This document shows, one piece after another, positions 47,107 through 58,697 of a stretch of DNA of 64,000 nucleotides. Origin of the DNA: Nitrospirota bacterium (GTDB lineage: Bacteria; Nitrospirota; Thermodesulfovibrionia; Thermodesulfovibrionales; UBA9159). The stretch is taken from assembly GCA_021790195.1 (NCBI GenBank), contig JAJYIF010000011.1, positions 19,069 through 83,068 of the forward strand, written 5' to 3'. A program made the position numbers and the translations under genes. Position 1 is the first letter of the stretch. The number at the start of each line of letters is the position of its first letter. The notes below the pieces were generated by a model. The model was not told where the DNA came from. It was given only the letters and a program-made list of their open reading frames with translations, and ran no database searches.

Positions 47107-48417
47107 TTATTTATATACATCCGCCAAATCCTTTCCCATGGAGTAAAGTAGCGCCGACTCGGCTCTCCTTAAATCATAGACAGACCGATAATAATTCGTT
47201 TCCGCTACCGTAAGAAGGGTGACGGCATCGAGCACCTCCGTGGCAGTACCTACCCCTTCTTCGTATCTCACCCTGTTTATCCTGAGGTTTTCCTCCGCCT
47301 GCCCGACTGAATCTTTGGTCGCCTTTATCCTGTCGGAGGCGTTCTTGACGTCGAGGATGTTGCTTTCGACCTCAAGCCGGATCTCGTCTTCCAGTCTTGA
47401 CTTCTGTTCCTGCAACTGGGCCTTCTGGTGATCTATCCTGAGAAGCTCCGCTTTTGTCCTGCCGCCGCTGAAGAGGTTCAGGGTCATGCCGAACATAAAA
47501 GAGGCGTTCCCCTGGTGGACCATGAACTTATTCTGAGTATAGTCGTAGGAGGCGTCGGCAAAAAACCTCGGATAATATTCGGCCTTCCTGGAGGTCTCCT
47601 CGAGATCAAGGGACTTCATTGTCTCGTAGACGATCCGCATCTCCGGCCTCTGTCCCAGAGCGGCATCCCAGGCCTTTTCCCGGTCTAGGACAACGCGCCC
47701 TGCGGGTGTCTCATCCACATCCTTTACCTCCACCTCGGTGCTCAGCGGCCGCGAGAGAATGGTATTCAGTCTCGATGCGTTGATCGCCCTGGCGTTACGT
47801 GCAGTCAGGAGCTTTTGTTGGGCGTCTGAAAGTCTCACTTCCGCCTGGAGCAGGTCGTTCTTTGTGATGACGCCTTCCTCAAAGAGGTTCCTGGCGTCGC
47901 GCAGGTGGGACTGCACGCTGTCCACTTCTTTCTCCGCCACCAGCACCAGCTTGTCCGATTCGAGGAGATTGAAATATGCAAGCGCGAAGTCGAGGGATGT
48001 GAGGTTCTTCACCCTCTGCGTGTCGATCCTCTTTGTGTCGAGGATCGCCTTGCTCGCCTTGTACTTCGAAGCAGCTCCCTCAAAATCATAGAGCAGCTGC
48101 TGGATGTCCAGACTGTAGGAAGCGAAGTTCTCGTTGGAGGTCGGAACAATCAGTGAGCCGAATACGTCCTTTGGCTGGTGCGCAAGAAAAGTCTGGCTCG
48201 CATAGGCGTTGACAGTCGGCAGCAGGGGAGACTTCGCAATAAGCGTATCCGCCTCGGAGATACCCTCCTGCTGGCGGGTGATCTTTATCGTCCTGTTGCT
48301 TTCAGCCGCAAGCCGCAGCCCCTCGGGCATAGTCAGGACCTCAGCCCTGGCCGGGACCACAAAGGCCGCCGGCAGTATCGCGCTCAGGAAAACAAGGAAG
48401 AAGGCCTTCATCTTCAT
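47107..48417 (-). CDS. TolC-family outer membrane efflux protein
   Basis: I chose the start MKMKAFFLVFLSAILPAAFVVPARA (a signal peptide). Two TolC repeats with typical ...YYRSVYDLRRAESALLYSMG. The ORF-track extension to 48636 actually covers the TetR remnant in another frame. Confidence 0.85.
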   Translation of the reverse strand: MKMKAFFLVFLSAILPAAFVVPARAEVLTMPEGLRLAAESNRTIKITRQQEGISEADTLIAKSPLLPTVNAYASQTFLAHQPKDVFGSLIVPTSNENFASYSLDIQQLLYDFEGAASKYKASKAILDTKRIDTQRVKNLTSLDFALAYFNLLESDKLVLVAEKEVDSVQSHLRDARNLFEEGVITKNDLLQAEVRLSDAQQKLLTARNARAINASRLNTILSRPLSTEVEVKDVDETPAGRVVLDREKAWDAALGQRPEMRIVYETMKSLDLEETSRKAEYYPRFFADASYDYTQNKFMVHQGNASFMFGMTLNLFSGGRTKAELLRIDHQKAQLQEQKSRLEDEIRLEVESNILDVKNASDRIKATKDSVGQAEENLRINRVRYEEGVGTATEVLDAVTLLTVAETNYYRSVYDLRRAESALLYSMGKDLADVYK

Positions 48418-48691
48418 TTGGCGGTGCCCTCTATAAATATGTCTGCGAGCCCTCTGATTGTCTCTTCGGAGTCGGCCAGCCTGTCTTTCTTCCGCATCAT
48501 GAGCTCCTGCGCGTTGAAATAGAAAAGAACATCTCGAGGAACGCCCTGGCCCCTGCCCCTGCGCTGAATTTTCTGAGTCTGCCCTTTTTCTGCATATATT
48601 CGGAATAGGATGCCAGAGTCCCGACCATTTCGTCAATGAGAGCGAGGTAGACCTTGCGTATCATGATAGGGAAGCTGCCGGATTGTGTCAA
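48414..48691 (-). pseudogene. TetR-family regulator remnant: C-terminal domain only, with a frameshift
   Basis: Frame A reads ...ARAFLEMFFS and stops at 48497. Frame C continues YFNAQELMMRKKDRLADSEETIRGLADIFIEGTAK, with its TGA overlapping the tolC ATG. No HTH domain lies upstream. The shift falls at a CTTTTC run. Confidence 0.55.
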
Positions 48692-48719
48692 GACCTCATG
48701 CGGTTCTGCGCGCCTGCCG

Positions 48720-49658
48720 TCATTCGGTCATAATGTAGTCGGCGTCCTGAGCGAGCTCGGAGGCCCCTGAGGCATGCTCGGGGACCTCCGGAAGTACGAC
48801 CATGCAGGAGAGACGGGAGAGCTGTTTGACCTGCTCGGGGATGCCCCTTTTCCATGAGTGGCCTATCCCGGCAAGCACGACCACGGTCTTGTCCGGGTTT
48901 TTCTTGAGGAACTCGGTGAGGTGCCAGGCCATGGACTTGTCCCATATCATCTGCGCCTCGCAAAAACTTACAAAAGACTTCTCATCCTTATCGTGAACGC
49001 TGTAGGCCCTTCTTATGAAATCCATATAAGTCGGGTCGACGTTGCAGCTTATGCCCGGCGGAAGCTGCTTCATCTCCGCATCGGTCAGCGAAGAAAAGCC
49101 CTCGCGGGACACCTTTTGAGTGATCTCCTCAGGCACATTGAGCCCGATAATGGGTATCTTGTTGTCCCGCGCATAAATGAAAATATCCTCATACAAAGGC
49201 CAGGGCATGTTCCAGTTATTGTAATATACCTTGAGGAAGTCGTTTAATCCGAAGGTCCCCTTTGTCCACTCATCGAGCTGTTTCTGGCTGTCCGCCCTGA
49301 ACATCTCCGTACCTATCGCGAGCTGCGCGCCCGCCTTGTGCAGGGCCTTTATGACGTCCAGCTGTATCTCGTGGTCCCGCTCGCTGCCATGGGACTCGCC
49401 CACGAAAACGATGTTAGCCTTTCTTATCTCGCCTATCATCTTGCCGAACTGAATGACCTCGTCGTCGCGTGTCCTGAGCACGTCGTCACTATTCGAGCAG
49501 CTGTCCGCCAGGATAAAGGCGAAAGAAAGGACTGCAAAAGGGATGACTTTATAAATGGCGCTATTCACTCTTCCAGTGTAGCTGTTTATCCGGAGGTCCG
49601 CAAGTCTAGGCGCGGTCTTTTCCCTTTGCCTCGTTCCACAGTTCGTCCATCTCTTCAA
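48720..49658 (-). CDS. ChaN-like (haem-binding uptake / Tiki superfamily, PF04187-like) protein
   Basis: ...IVFVGESHGSERDHEIQLDVIKALH...AIGTEMF... and ...VVLAGIGHS... motifs. The true start is probably internal (for example GTG at 49567), because the ORF-track start overlaps mazG by 53 nt. Confidence 0.7.
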   Translation of the reverse strand: MKRWTNCGTRQREKTAPRLADLRINSYTGRVNSAIYKVIPFAVLSFAFILADSCSNSDDVLRTRDDEVIQFGKMIGEIRKANIVFVGESHGSERDHEIQLDVIKALHKAGAQLAIGTEMFRADSQKQLDEWTKGTFGLNDFLKVYYNNWNMPWPLYEDIFIYARDNKIPIIGLNVPEEITQKVSREGFSSLTDAEMKQLPPGISCNVDPTYMDFIRRAYSVHDKDEKSFVSFCEAQMIWDKSMAWHLTEFLKKNPDKTVVVLAGIGHSWKRGIPEQVKQLSRLSCMVVLPEVPEHASGASELAQDADYIMTE

Positions 49659-50385
49659 GGGTCATTTCGGAGAGCCTTCTGCCGGAATCGGCGGCCTTCA
49701 TCTCTATATAGCGGAAACGGGAAATGAACTTGCTGATCGTCTTACGAAGCGCGTCTTCAGGGTTTACGCCGACAAAACGCGATATATTCACCAGCACGAA
49801 AAAAAGATCGCCCAGCTCGTCCTCGATCGACTTCTGCTCCTTCTTCTGGAGCGCCTCCCTGAATTCGCCGAGTTCTTCGTCCAGTTTCTTCAGGACGTCT
49901 CCCACCTGCGCCCAGTCGAAGCCGACGCGCGCGGCCCTTGCCTGGATCCTGTGCGCCCTCAGCAGCGAAGGGAGCTCCCTGGGGATGCCCTCGAGTATCG
50001 ACTCCCTACCTTTGCCCTCTTCCTTTTTCCTCTCCTCCCACTGCTTGAGGACCTCCTCGGCGGTCTCATATCTCGCCTCCCCGAACACATGGGGATGGCG
50101 CCCGCGCATCTTTTGCGATATCTTCGAGATCACGTCATCGATGTCGAACTCTCCGCGCTCTTTTGCGATCTGGCAATGGAAGACTATCTGAAAAAGCAGG
50201 TCTCCCAGCTCCTCCTTGATCTTCTCGGGATCGCCCTCATCCAGGGCATCGAGGACTTCGTATGTCTCCTCCACGAGAAAGGGCTTCAGCGACTCCCTTG
50301 TCTGCTCCTTGTCCCAGGGGCAGCCCTTTTCAGCCCGCAGGGCAGCCATGATCTCGACGAGCTTTTCGAATGCGTCTCCCGGCAT
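49606..50385 (-). CDS. mazG: Nucleoside triphosphate pyrophosphohydrolase MazG
   Basis: ...LRAEKGCPWDKEQTRESL.P.L.EE.YE..DA... plus a second EELGDLFF half-domain. I chose the start MPGDAFEKL at 50385. Confidence 0.9.
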   Translation of the reverse strand: MPGDAFEKLVEIMAALRAEKGCPWDKEQTRESLKPFLVEETYEVLDALDEGDPEKIKEELGDLLFQIVFHCQIAKERGEFDIDDVISKISQKMRGRHPHVFGEARYETAEEVLKQWEERKKEEGKGRESILEGIPRELPSLLRAHRIQARAARVGFDWAQVGDVLKKLDEELGEFREALQKKEQKSIEDELGDLFFVLVNISRFVGVNPEDALRKTISKFISRFRYIEMKAADSGRRLSEMTLEEMDELWNEAKGKDRA

Positions 50386-50409
50386 ACGCGAAGTATATAA
50401 TAGAGGTAG

Positions 50410-51546
50410 ATGAAAGGTAAACCGGGCTCGCTTTACATCCATATCCCCTTCTGCGCGAAGAAGTGCATATACTGCGATTTCTTCTCCATCCCCTTCGACG
50501 AAACGCGTGCTGTAAGATACATGGATTCGGCAGTCAAAGAACTGGAAATGACGAGAGGCAGGGCGTCGGCACTGGATACTATCTATATCGGAGGGGGAAC
50601 TCCTACAACAATGCCGGTCCGGTCGCTCGTAATGCTCGTGCGAAAGATTAAAGGCTCATTCGAAGTGGCCGACAAGGCCGAGATCACCATCGAGGCAAAT
50701 CCCGGCACTATTGACCGGGAGAAGGCGAGGGCGCTTCATGAGGCGGGGATAAACAGGTTCAGCATAGGCGCTCAGTCTTTCGACGACGGTCAGCTAAGGC
50801 TGCTCGGAAGGATACATACCTCAGAGGAGACGGTAAGTGCGATTGATGCCGTCCGTTCTGCCGGCGTCTCGAATATATCTATCGACCTGATCTATGGCAT
50901 ACCCGGACAGACGCTCGATGGCTGGCTGCATACCGTGGATGAGGCAGTCGGCCTTTCTCCCGCGCACATCTCGGCGTACGAGCTTACGCCCGAGAGAGGC
51001 ACCCCATTGTACGAGCTTATCTCGCAAGGCAGAATCGCAAAGCCTGACGAAGAAAGCATAGTGCAGATGTACTATTCCGCTATGGAGAAATTGGAGGCGG
51101 AAGGGTACGGTCATTATGAAATATCAAATTTCGCAAGGCCGGGATTTGAATGCGGACATAACCTCAATTACTGGAACAGAGGAGAATATATAGGCATCGG
51201 GGCCGGGGCCCACGGTTTTATCGGCGGCATAAGGACAAGGAATATATGCGACGTGGATAAGTACATAGACGCGACAGAGGTGGGCCGTCTTCCTGTTGAG
51301 GAAAGCAGCGAGATCTCACGCGAGGATGCGTTGAAGGAAGCGGTCTTCCTCGGACTGAGGAAGATGGAAGGGCTGAACATGACAGAGATACGGCAGGCCT
51401 TCGGAGTCGATATTGCAGCGGCAGCAGGAGAATTGGTTGATGAAGGACTGCTCCTGTCTGAAGGAGAAAGTCTCCGGCTTACGAGGAGAGGGGTAGTCGT
51501 TTCAAATACAGTCATAGCCGAACTGTTTGAAAGGATGGAATTGTGA
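50410..51546 (+). CDS. hemW: Radical SAM HemW/HemN-like protein (haem chaperone / coproporphyrinogen oxidase-like)
   Basis: LYIHIPFCAKKCIYCDF (CxxxCxxC), ...IYIGGGTPT... and ...NRFSIGAQSF... motifs. Confidence 0.85.
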   Translation: MKGKPGSLYIHIPFCAKKCIYCDFFSIPFDETRAVRYMDSAVKELEMTRGRASALDTIYIGGGTPTTMPVRSLVMLVRKIKGSFEVADKAEITIEANPGTIDREKARALHEAGINRFSIGAQSFDDGQLRLLGRIHTSEETVSAIDAVRSAGVSNISIDLIYGIPGQTLDGWLHTVDEAVGLSPAHISAYELTPERGTPLYELISQGRIAKPDEESIVQMYYSAMEKLEAEGYGHYEISNFARPGFECGHNLNYWNRGEYIGIGAGAHGFIGGIRTRNICDVDKYIDATEVGRLPVEESSEISREDALKEAVFLGLRKMEGLNMTEIRQAFGVDIAAAAGELVDEGLLLSEGESLRLTRRGVVVSNTVIAELFERMEL

Positions 51547-52322
51547 AGAAAGGTCCTCTCCTTCTAATTGCCGTCCTCTTGAGTACGTGCCTTGTTCCTG
51601 AGACGGCGTCCGGGATGACAGGCGCCCCGGTTTATGGATATAAGGTTGTCAGCGTCTACCCCCACGACCGGGACGCATTCACCCAGGGGTTATTCTTTGA
51701 AGACGGCTTTCTTTATGAAGGGACCGGGCTGTACGGGAGATCTGAACTTCGCAAAGTGGAACTGAAGACCGGAAAGGTCCTGCGGTCTTATCGTCTTCCG
51801 GACCGGTTCTTCGGGGAAGGAATAACGCAATGGGAAGACAAGATCATACAGCTTTCCTGGCGCGAGAAAGAGGGCTTTGTATACGAAAAGGAGGACTTCG
51901 GACTGGTGCGGAAGTTTTCTTATGAAACAGAAGGCTGGGGCCTGACCCGCGACGACAAACGCCTCATCATGAGCGACGGGAGCCCATATCTTCATTTCCT
52001 CGATCCTCAGACCTTCAAGGAGACGGGCCGGATAGAGGTGACCGACAAGGGCGTTCCGGTCGCAAACCTCAATGAGCTGGAATATGTGAAGGGAAGGATA
52101 TACGCCAATGTCTGGCAGACCTCGCGTATAGCGATCATCTCGCCTGAAACAGGCCTTGTAGAGGCATGGCTCGATCTTTCAGGACTTGTGCATGAATTGG
52201 GGGCCTTGCCGGACGCGGACGTCCTTAACGGGATCGCTTATGATAATGAGCACGACAGGCTCTTTGTGACCGGAAAATTCTGGCCGAAGTTGTTTGAGAT
52301 ACGGATAGTGCCGGTGAGATAG
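51543..52322 (+). CDS. Glutaminyl-peptide cyclotransferase (plant/bacterial beta-propeller type)
   Basis: Signal peptide, then ...YPHDRDAFTQGL.F.DG.LYEGTGLYG.S.LR.V.L.TG.V... and ...LNELEY..G.IYANVWQT..I..I.P.TG.V, typical of the family. Confidence 0.85.
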   Translation: MKKGPLLLIAVLLSTCLVPETASGMTGAPVYGYKVVSVYPHDRDAFTQGLFFEDGFLYEGTGLYGRSELRKVELKTGKVLRSYRLPDRFFGEGITQWEDKIIQLSWREKEGFVYEKEDFGLVRKFSYETEGWGLTRDDKRLIMSDGSPYLHFLDPQTFKETGRIEVTDKGVPVANLNELEYVKGRIYANVWQTSRIAIISPETGLVEAWLDLSGLVHELGALPDADVLNGIAYDNEHDRLFVTGKFWPKLFEIRIVPVR

Positions 52323-52337
52323 CGGACAATGATCAAT

Positions 52338-53501
<1,164 letters not shown>

Positions 53502-53606
53502 GCAAATAATAATGCAGGATACGAACGGAAATTACAAATGCATGACCTTTTTGCAATTTCCTCTGCGGGAGTGTTAGACTTTTAGACATCTTTTTCGAGA
53601 GCATTC

Positions 53607-55061
53607 ATGGAACTTTATACATTGGACATATCGGAGCTGAGAAGACTTCTTGACCGCAGAGAGGTGTCGGTCGGGGAGGTTGTCGATTCCGTCTACAAGA
53701 GGATCGATGCGGTGGAAGGCCGCGTGAAAGCCTTCGTCACTCTCACAAAAGAAGAGGCGCTGAAGATGGCCGGCCCGGCCCAGAAGAAGATCGATAATAA
53801 AGAGCCGGGGACGCTCCTCGGCATCCCGATCGCGATCAAGGACAACATGTGCGCGAAGGGCATAAGGACGACATGCTCCTCCAGGATTTTGGAGAAGTTT
53901 GTCCCGCCGTACGAAAGCACAGTGACTTCGAGATTGAAGGAACATGGGTATATCCTTGTCGGGAAGACGAACCTCGACGAATTTGCCATGGGCTCGTCCA
54001 CCGAGAATTCCGGGTTCCACACCACGAGAAATCCGTGGGACACTGCGAGGATCCCCGGTGGGAGCAGCGGCGGATCGACGGCTGCGGTGGCCGCGGATGA
54101 GTGCATGGCGGCCCTAGGTTCGGATACGGGGGGCTCCATCAGGCAGCCCGCGTCCCTTTGCGGAGTAGTAGGTCTGAAACCCACCTACGGGAGGGTGTCG
54201 AGATACGGACTCGTAGCCTTTGCGTCATCCCTCGATCAGATCGGCCCTATAACGAAAAACGTGTCTGATGCCGCATTGATCATGAACGTTATTTCGGGCC
54301 GGGACCTTCTCGACTCCACGTCGGCCCCGGTCGATGTGCCGGACTTTACCCGGATACTTGGACAGGATGTCAGGGGACTGAAGATCGGCGTGCCGAAGGA
54401 ATACTTTATCGAGGGCATGGAGGAAGACGTGGTCAATTCGGTGAAGGCCGCCGTCAGACAGATCGAGTCATTGGGCGCCGTGCCTGTCGAGATCTCTCTT
54501 CCGCATACGGACTATGCCATTGCCACATATTACCTCCTCGCGACCTCGGAAGCATCGTCGAACCTTGCGCGGTATGACGGGGTGAAATACGGGTTCAGAG
54601 AGAACGGCAAGGACCTCCTTGAGATGTACATGAACACACGTGCAGCCGGTTTCGGAGCGGAGGTGAAACGGAGGATCATGCTCGGCACTTATGCGCTTTC
54701 CTCGGGATACTATGACGCTTATTATAAAAAGGCCCAGCAGGCAAGGACCCTGATAAAGAAGGACTTCGAGCAGGCATTGAAGACCGTGGATATTATTGTG
54801 ACGCCCACCTCTCCCACCGCTGCCTTTAAGATCGGAGAAAAGGCGGATGACCCTCTGCAGATGTACCTCTCGGATATATTCACGATATCCGTGAACCTCG
54901 CAGGCGTGCCCGCGATTTCGATCCCCTGCGGATTCACGCGTGACGATCTGCCCGTGGGACTGCAACTCATCGGAAGACATTTTGATGAGGAGACGATACT
55001 GAAAGTTGCATACGCGTACGAGCAGTCAACGGAGTGGCACAAGAGGAAACCGAAGCTGTAA
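53607..55061 (+). CDS. gatA: Glu-tRNA(Gln)/Asp-tRNA(Asn) amidotransferase subunit A
   Basis: Amidase signature ...[13 protein letters not shown]....[32 protein letters not shown]... Confidence 0.95.
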   Translation: MELYTLDISELRRLLDRREVSVGEVVDSVYKRIDAVEGRVKAFVTLTKEEALKMAGPAQKKIDNKEPGTLLGIPIAIKDNMCAKGIRTTCSSRILEKFVPPYESTVTSRLKEHGYILVGKTNLDEFAMGSSTENSGFHTTRNPWDTARIPGGSSGGSTAAVAADECMAALGSDTGGSIRQPASLCGVVGLKPTYGRVSRYGLVAFASSLDQIGPITKNVSDAALIMNVISGRDLLDSTSAPVDVPDFTRILGQDVRGLKIGVPKEYFIEGMEEDVVNSVKAAVRQIESLGAVPVEISLPHTDYAIATYYLLATSEASSNLARYDGVKYGFRENGKDLLEMYMNTRAAGFGAEVKRRIMLGTYALSSGYYDAYYKKAQQARTLIKKDFEQALKTVDIIVTPTSPTAAFKIGEKADDPLQMYLSDIFTISVNLAGVPAISIPCGFTRDDLPVGLQLIGRHFDEETILKVAYAYEQSTEWHKRKPKL

Positions 55062-55112
55062 GTGTGCGGAGCAGCTCCCGGCTGTCTATTTCGGCCGGTC
55101 TGCTTTCAATGA

Positions 55113-56402
55113 TCAGGATGAGCGGCCAATTTTCTTGCGGCCCAGAAAATAGACGGTGGAGGCCCCCAATGCGCAGAAAAGACCCCCTGCCTGCAAGGCA
55201 TGGCCGGACCCCACTCGTTGGGCGATGATTCCCATCCAAAAGCTTCCGATCGGCATACTCCCGCCGAAGACCAGTGCCCAAATACCCATCAGCCTTCCCC
55301 TCAGGTGATCGGGAGACTGGGTCTGGATGATGCTGTTTCCGATCGAGAAAAATAAGATGATGCCGAACCCGGCGAAGAATAGCAGGAAGGCCGCGCCGAC
55401 CGGATGCCGCATCAGACCGAACAGGACGATAAATGCCGCATAAATGCCTGTGCCGGCATAAAGCGTCCTGACGCGAACGATACGAGATCCTTGTGCGGCG
55501 ACGAATAAAGCTGCGGTACAAGCGCCGAGGCCGTTCAGGGCCAAAAGCCATCCATATCCCTGGGCGTCCATTTTCAACTGGGTTACCGCGAAGGCTGACA
55601 GCTGCGATCGGTAGGCCCAGCCTCCCAATCCCATGATGAAAAGCAGGGTCACCGCCTGGGCTATGGTGGGATTTGTCTTTAAATATTTGAATCCTTCCAA
55701 GGTATATTTCCAGTCTGCCTTTACTTTTTTTGGCGCGTAGTGCGAAGCCGGCAGCCGGATTTTATGAATGGCATAAAGGACCGCCAGATAACTCACGGCA
55801 TCCAAAAGGAAGCACCAGGGAGCCCCGAAGGATGCGAGTAAGAGACCTCCGATAGCTGGGCCGATGACCCGGGTCGAATTCACCATGGCGCTGTTGAGCG
55901 CGATTGCGTTCACCAAATCCCTCTTGCCCACCAGTTCCACCATCAGTGTCTGACGTGAAGGCATCTCAAAGGCGGTGAATAGTCCCCAGAGGGCGGAAAA
56001 GATCATTAGATATGCAATGTGAACGGGACCACGGAACAGCATGACAGCCAAAGTCAATGAGGAAAGGAGCGAAAGCCAGCTCGTCAAAGTGAAGATCCTG
56101 ATCTTGGGGATCCGGTCGGCAAGAGAACCCGCATAAACGGCGAAAAGGAAAATGGGAAGGGAATTGAGCATGAAGACGATACCCAGCAAGAATTCCGAAT
56201 GTGTGAACTGAAAGGCGATCCAGCCAAGGGCGGCGGTGCGGGCCCAGGTCCCGATCAAGGAAACTGTTTGTCCCGAATAAAAATAGCGGTAATTAGGATT
56301 GCGCAAGGCGGAAAGAGTCTTATGCCATCCTTTAAGAGGAGGCAGTCCCTCACTGTTTGCTCCTGATTGCTGCAATGTCTCCTGAGAGTTCCCTGAACTC
56401 AA
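55113..56402 (-). CDS. MFS transporter (MFS_3 / enterobactin-exporter-like)
   Basis: 429 aa with 12 predicted TM segments: ...NPNYRYFYSGQTVSLIGTW... and ...LADRIPK... Confidence 0.85.
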   Translation of the reverse strand: MSSGNSQETLQQSGANSEGLPPLKGWHKTLSALRNPNYRYFYSGQTVSLIGTWARTAALGWIAFQFTHSEFLLGIVFMLNSLPIFLFAVYAGSLADRIPKIRIFTLTSWLSLLSSLTLAVMLFRGPVHIAYLMIFSALWGLFTAFEMPSRQTLMVELVGKRDLVNAIALNSAMVNSTRVIGPAIGGLLLASFGAPWCFLLDAVSYLAVLYAIHKIRLPASHYAPKKVKADWKYTLEGFKYLKTNPTIAQAVTLLFIMGLGGWAYRSQLSAFAVTQLKMDAQGYGWLLALNGLGACTAALFVAAQGSRIVRVRTLYAGTGIYAAFIVLFGLMRHPVGAAFLLFFAGFGIILFFSIGNSIIQTQSPDHLRGRLMGIWALVFGGSMPIGSFWMGIIAQRVGSGHALQAGGLFCALGASTVYFLGRKKIGRSS

Positions 56403-56676
56403 TCATTCCCCCTGGTCTGCGCTTTTTAGAATGACGGAATACGCTTTTGAGCCTCTGAAAGAAGAACATAAAAGAGGCGTTTCCTCCTGTCTTTCAAAAT
56501 ACCTGTATTCCTTATCGGCGGAACAAGCACCATTATATCAGATAGTATTTCCTTTTCGAGTTTGACCTCTTGTCACTTCCTGAAAGAGTCGATGGTCAAA
56601 GTGTATAATATACCGTTATGGTCGCTGGACAGGGCCTGTGCCAACGCAGCGATCAATGCACGGATTACCGGTGAAC

Positions 56677-58107
56677 ATGAAATACGAAGCGGTCATAGGT
56701 CTTGAAGTCCACGCGCAGATGCTGACGGAATCTAAGATGTTCTGCGGATGCTCCGCGAGATTCGGGGCCGAGCCGAACAGCCAGACCTGCGAGATCTGCA
56801 TAGGCATGCCGGGGGTCCTGCCGGTCATGAACAAGAAAGCGCTGGAGTTTACGATACGGACCGGACTCGCCATGAACTGCACAATTTCGGCCTACAGCAG
56901 GTTCGCAAGGAAAAACTATTTCTACCCTGACCTGCCGAAGGGATACCAGATCAGCCAGTACGAGCTCCCGATATGCGGGCATGGACATGTGGACGTCATA
57001 GCCGGGGGGAGGAAGAGAAGGATCGGGATAACCCGCATCCATATGGAAGAGGACGCAGGGAAGAACATCCATGAGGGGCGCGGAAATTACAGCTTTGTCG
57101 ACCTGAACAGGGCGGGAGTGCCCCTGATGGAGATTGTCTCGGAGCCGGACATAAGGACGCCTGTCGAGGCGTCGGAATATATGAGAAAACTCAGGACTAT
57201 ATTGCGGTATCTCGGGGTGTGCGACGGCAACATGGAACAGGGATCGCTGCGCTGCGATGCGAACGTCTCTGTAAGACCCGAGGGCCGGAGAGAGCTAGGA
57301 GTCAAGGTCGAGATGAAGAACATCAACTCTTTCCGTTACGTGGAGAAGGCGCTGGAATATGAGATCGGGCGTCAGATCAAGGCCCTTCAGGAAGGTGAGA
57401 AGATCGTGCAGGAGACAAGACTCTGGGACCCGGCCACCGCCACGACCCAGTCCATGAGATCTAAGGAAGAGGCGCACGACTACCGCTATTTCCCGGAGCC
57501 CGACCTCGTGCCTATTATGGCGCACTGTAAATGGATCGACGCCGTTAAGGATGGTCTTCCAGAGCTGCCGGACGCTAAACGGGAAAGGTTTGTCTCAGGA
57601 TATGAGTTGCCTGAATACGACGCCGACCTCCTTACCTCTGAGAGGGCGATGGCAGATTGGTTTGAAGGCGCCATCAGGGCGGGGGCCGGCCCGAAGGCTG
57701 CGGCCAACTGGATGATGGGAGAGCTGATGAGGTTCCTGAACGAGGAGAACAAGACTATCGAGGGATGTCCCTTGAAGCCTTCTCAGCTTGCCGAGATGAT
57801 CAAACTCATCGACAAGGGGACTATCAGCGGGAAGATTGCAAAAACCGTCTTTGAAGAGATGTACAGGACCGGCAAAGACGCTGAAACAGTGGTGAAGGAA
57901 AAAGGGCTTGTGCAGATTAGTGATTCCGGCGCCATCGAAAAGGCTGTCGACGAGGCGATTGCCGGGAATCCGAAGGAAGTCGAAAGATTCAAGGCAGGCG
58001 ATGAAAAACTTATCGGCTTCTTTGTCGGTCAGGTGATGAAAGCGACCAAGGGAAAAGCGAACCCGCAGATGGTGAATGAACTCTTGAAGAAGAAACTCGG
58101 CGGCTGA
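56677..58107 (+). CDS. gatB: Glu-tRNA(Gln)/Asp-tRNA(Asn) amidotransferase subunit B
   Basis: [15 protein letters not shown], ...KMFC.C..., [23 protein letters not shown], and a C-terminal YqeY-like tail. I chose the start at 56677. Confidence 0.95.
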   Translation: MKYEAVIGLEVHAQMLTESKMFCGCSARFGAEPNSQTCEICIGMPGVLPVMNKKALEFTIRTGLAMNCTISAYSRFARKNYFYPDLPKGYQISQYELPICGHGHVDVIAGGRKRRIGITRIHMEEDAGKNIHEGRGNYSFVDLNRAGVPLMEIVSEPDIRTPVEASEYMRKLRTILRYLGVCDGNMEQGSLRCDANVSVRPEGRRELGVKVEMKNINSFRYVEKALEYEIGRQIKALQEGEKIVQETRLWDPATATTQSMRSKEEAHDYRYFPEPDLVPIMAHCKWIDAVKDGLPELPDAKRERFVSGYELPEYDADLLTSERAMADWFEGAIRAGAGPKAAANWMMGELMRFLNEENKTIEGCPLKPSQLAEMIKLIDKGTISGKIAKTVFEEMYRTGKDAETVVKEKGLVQISDSGAIEKAVDEAIAGNPKEVERFKAGDEKLIGFFVGQVMKATKGKANPQMVNELLKKKLGG

Positions 58108-58437
58108 TCAGGAAAGGCTTCTGCCGTGCTGGAAGGACCGTATCAGTTTGAGATAACCGGGGCACGTTTCGACAAGCTCAATGCCCATGCCGTTTTGCCG
58201 GACCGATATAGCGGAAGTCTCGGCGTACTTGATAACCCCTTTCATACGGCATGAACTTTCTTCGGTTAAAGACAGGTCTATATCTACCGTAGTGCCGACA
58301 TTGAAGACCTTTTGGGCCCTTACAAAGAAGCCCTTTTCCGAAACCCTGACGGTGGTCCCCTTTATGACCCGGTCCCCCGCGGTCACCTCCACAGGAAGCT
58401 TTATCAGAAAACGTTCGCTTTCCCGCTTGACAACCAT
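58108..58437 (-). CDS. Single-domain PilZ protein
   Basis: RESER (RxxxR) and RVSEKG (a variant of (D/N)xSxxG) motifs, and NGMGIEL shared with the PilZ at 17497. Confidence 0.75.
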   Translation of the reverse strand: MVVKRESERFLIKLPVEVTAGDRVIKGTTVRVSEKGFFVRAQKVFNVGTTVDIDLSLTEESSCRMKGVIKYAETSAISVRQNGMGIELVETCPGYLKLIRSFQHGRSLS

Positions 58438-58519
58438 CGCCTAATATTAGCAGTTATCGAGTGCTAAGTCCACCTCTTGCCGCAGGCTTCTCATAGACCA
58501 TCAGCAACATGAATTTCCG

Positions 58520-58639
58520 ATAAGCACTTTGACACATGTCGCCACAGTCGGTTTTCATTAATCGCGGCTTCCGGGTCACGATATCGCGTCGATTGCAAGA
58601 AAAGTCTTGAGTCGTGTCTGCCCGTCATGTAACGAAGTT
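58520..58639 (-). repeat. Conserved non-coding element, copy 2, upstream of a PilZ gene
   Basis: 120 nt. The reverse complement aligns to 17314-17432, with 106 of 120 columns identical by hand. It ends 82 nt before the PilZ start at 58437. Confidence 0.85.
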
Positions 58640-58697
58640 CATGAATAATCTGAGTATATATGGAAATTATAGCAAAGGGCGGAAGTTCCTCAAGCCT

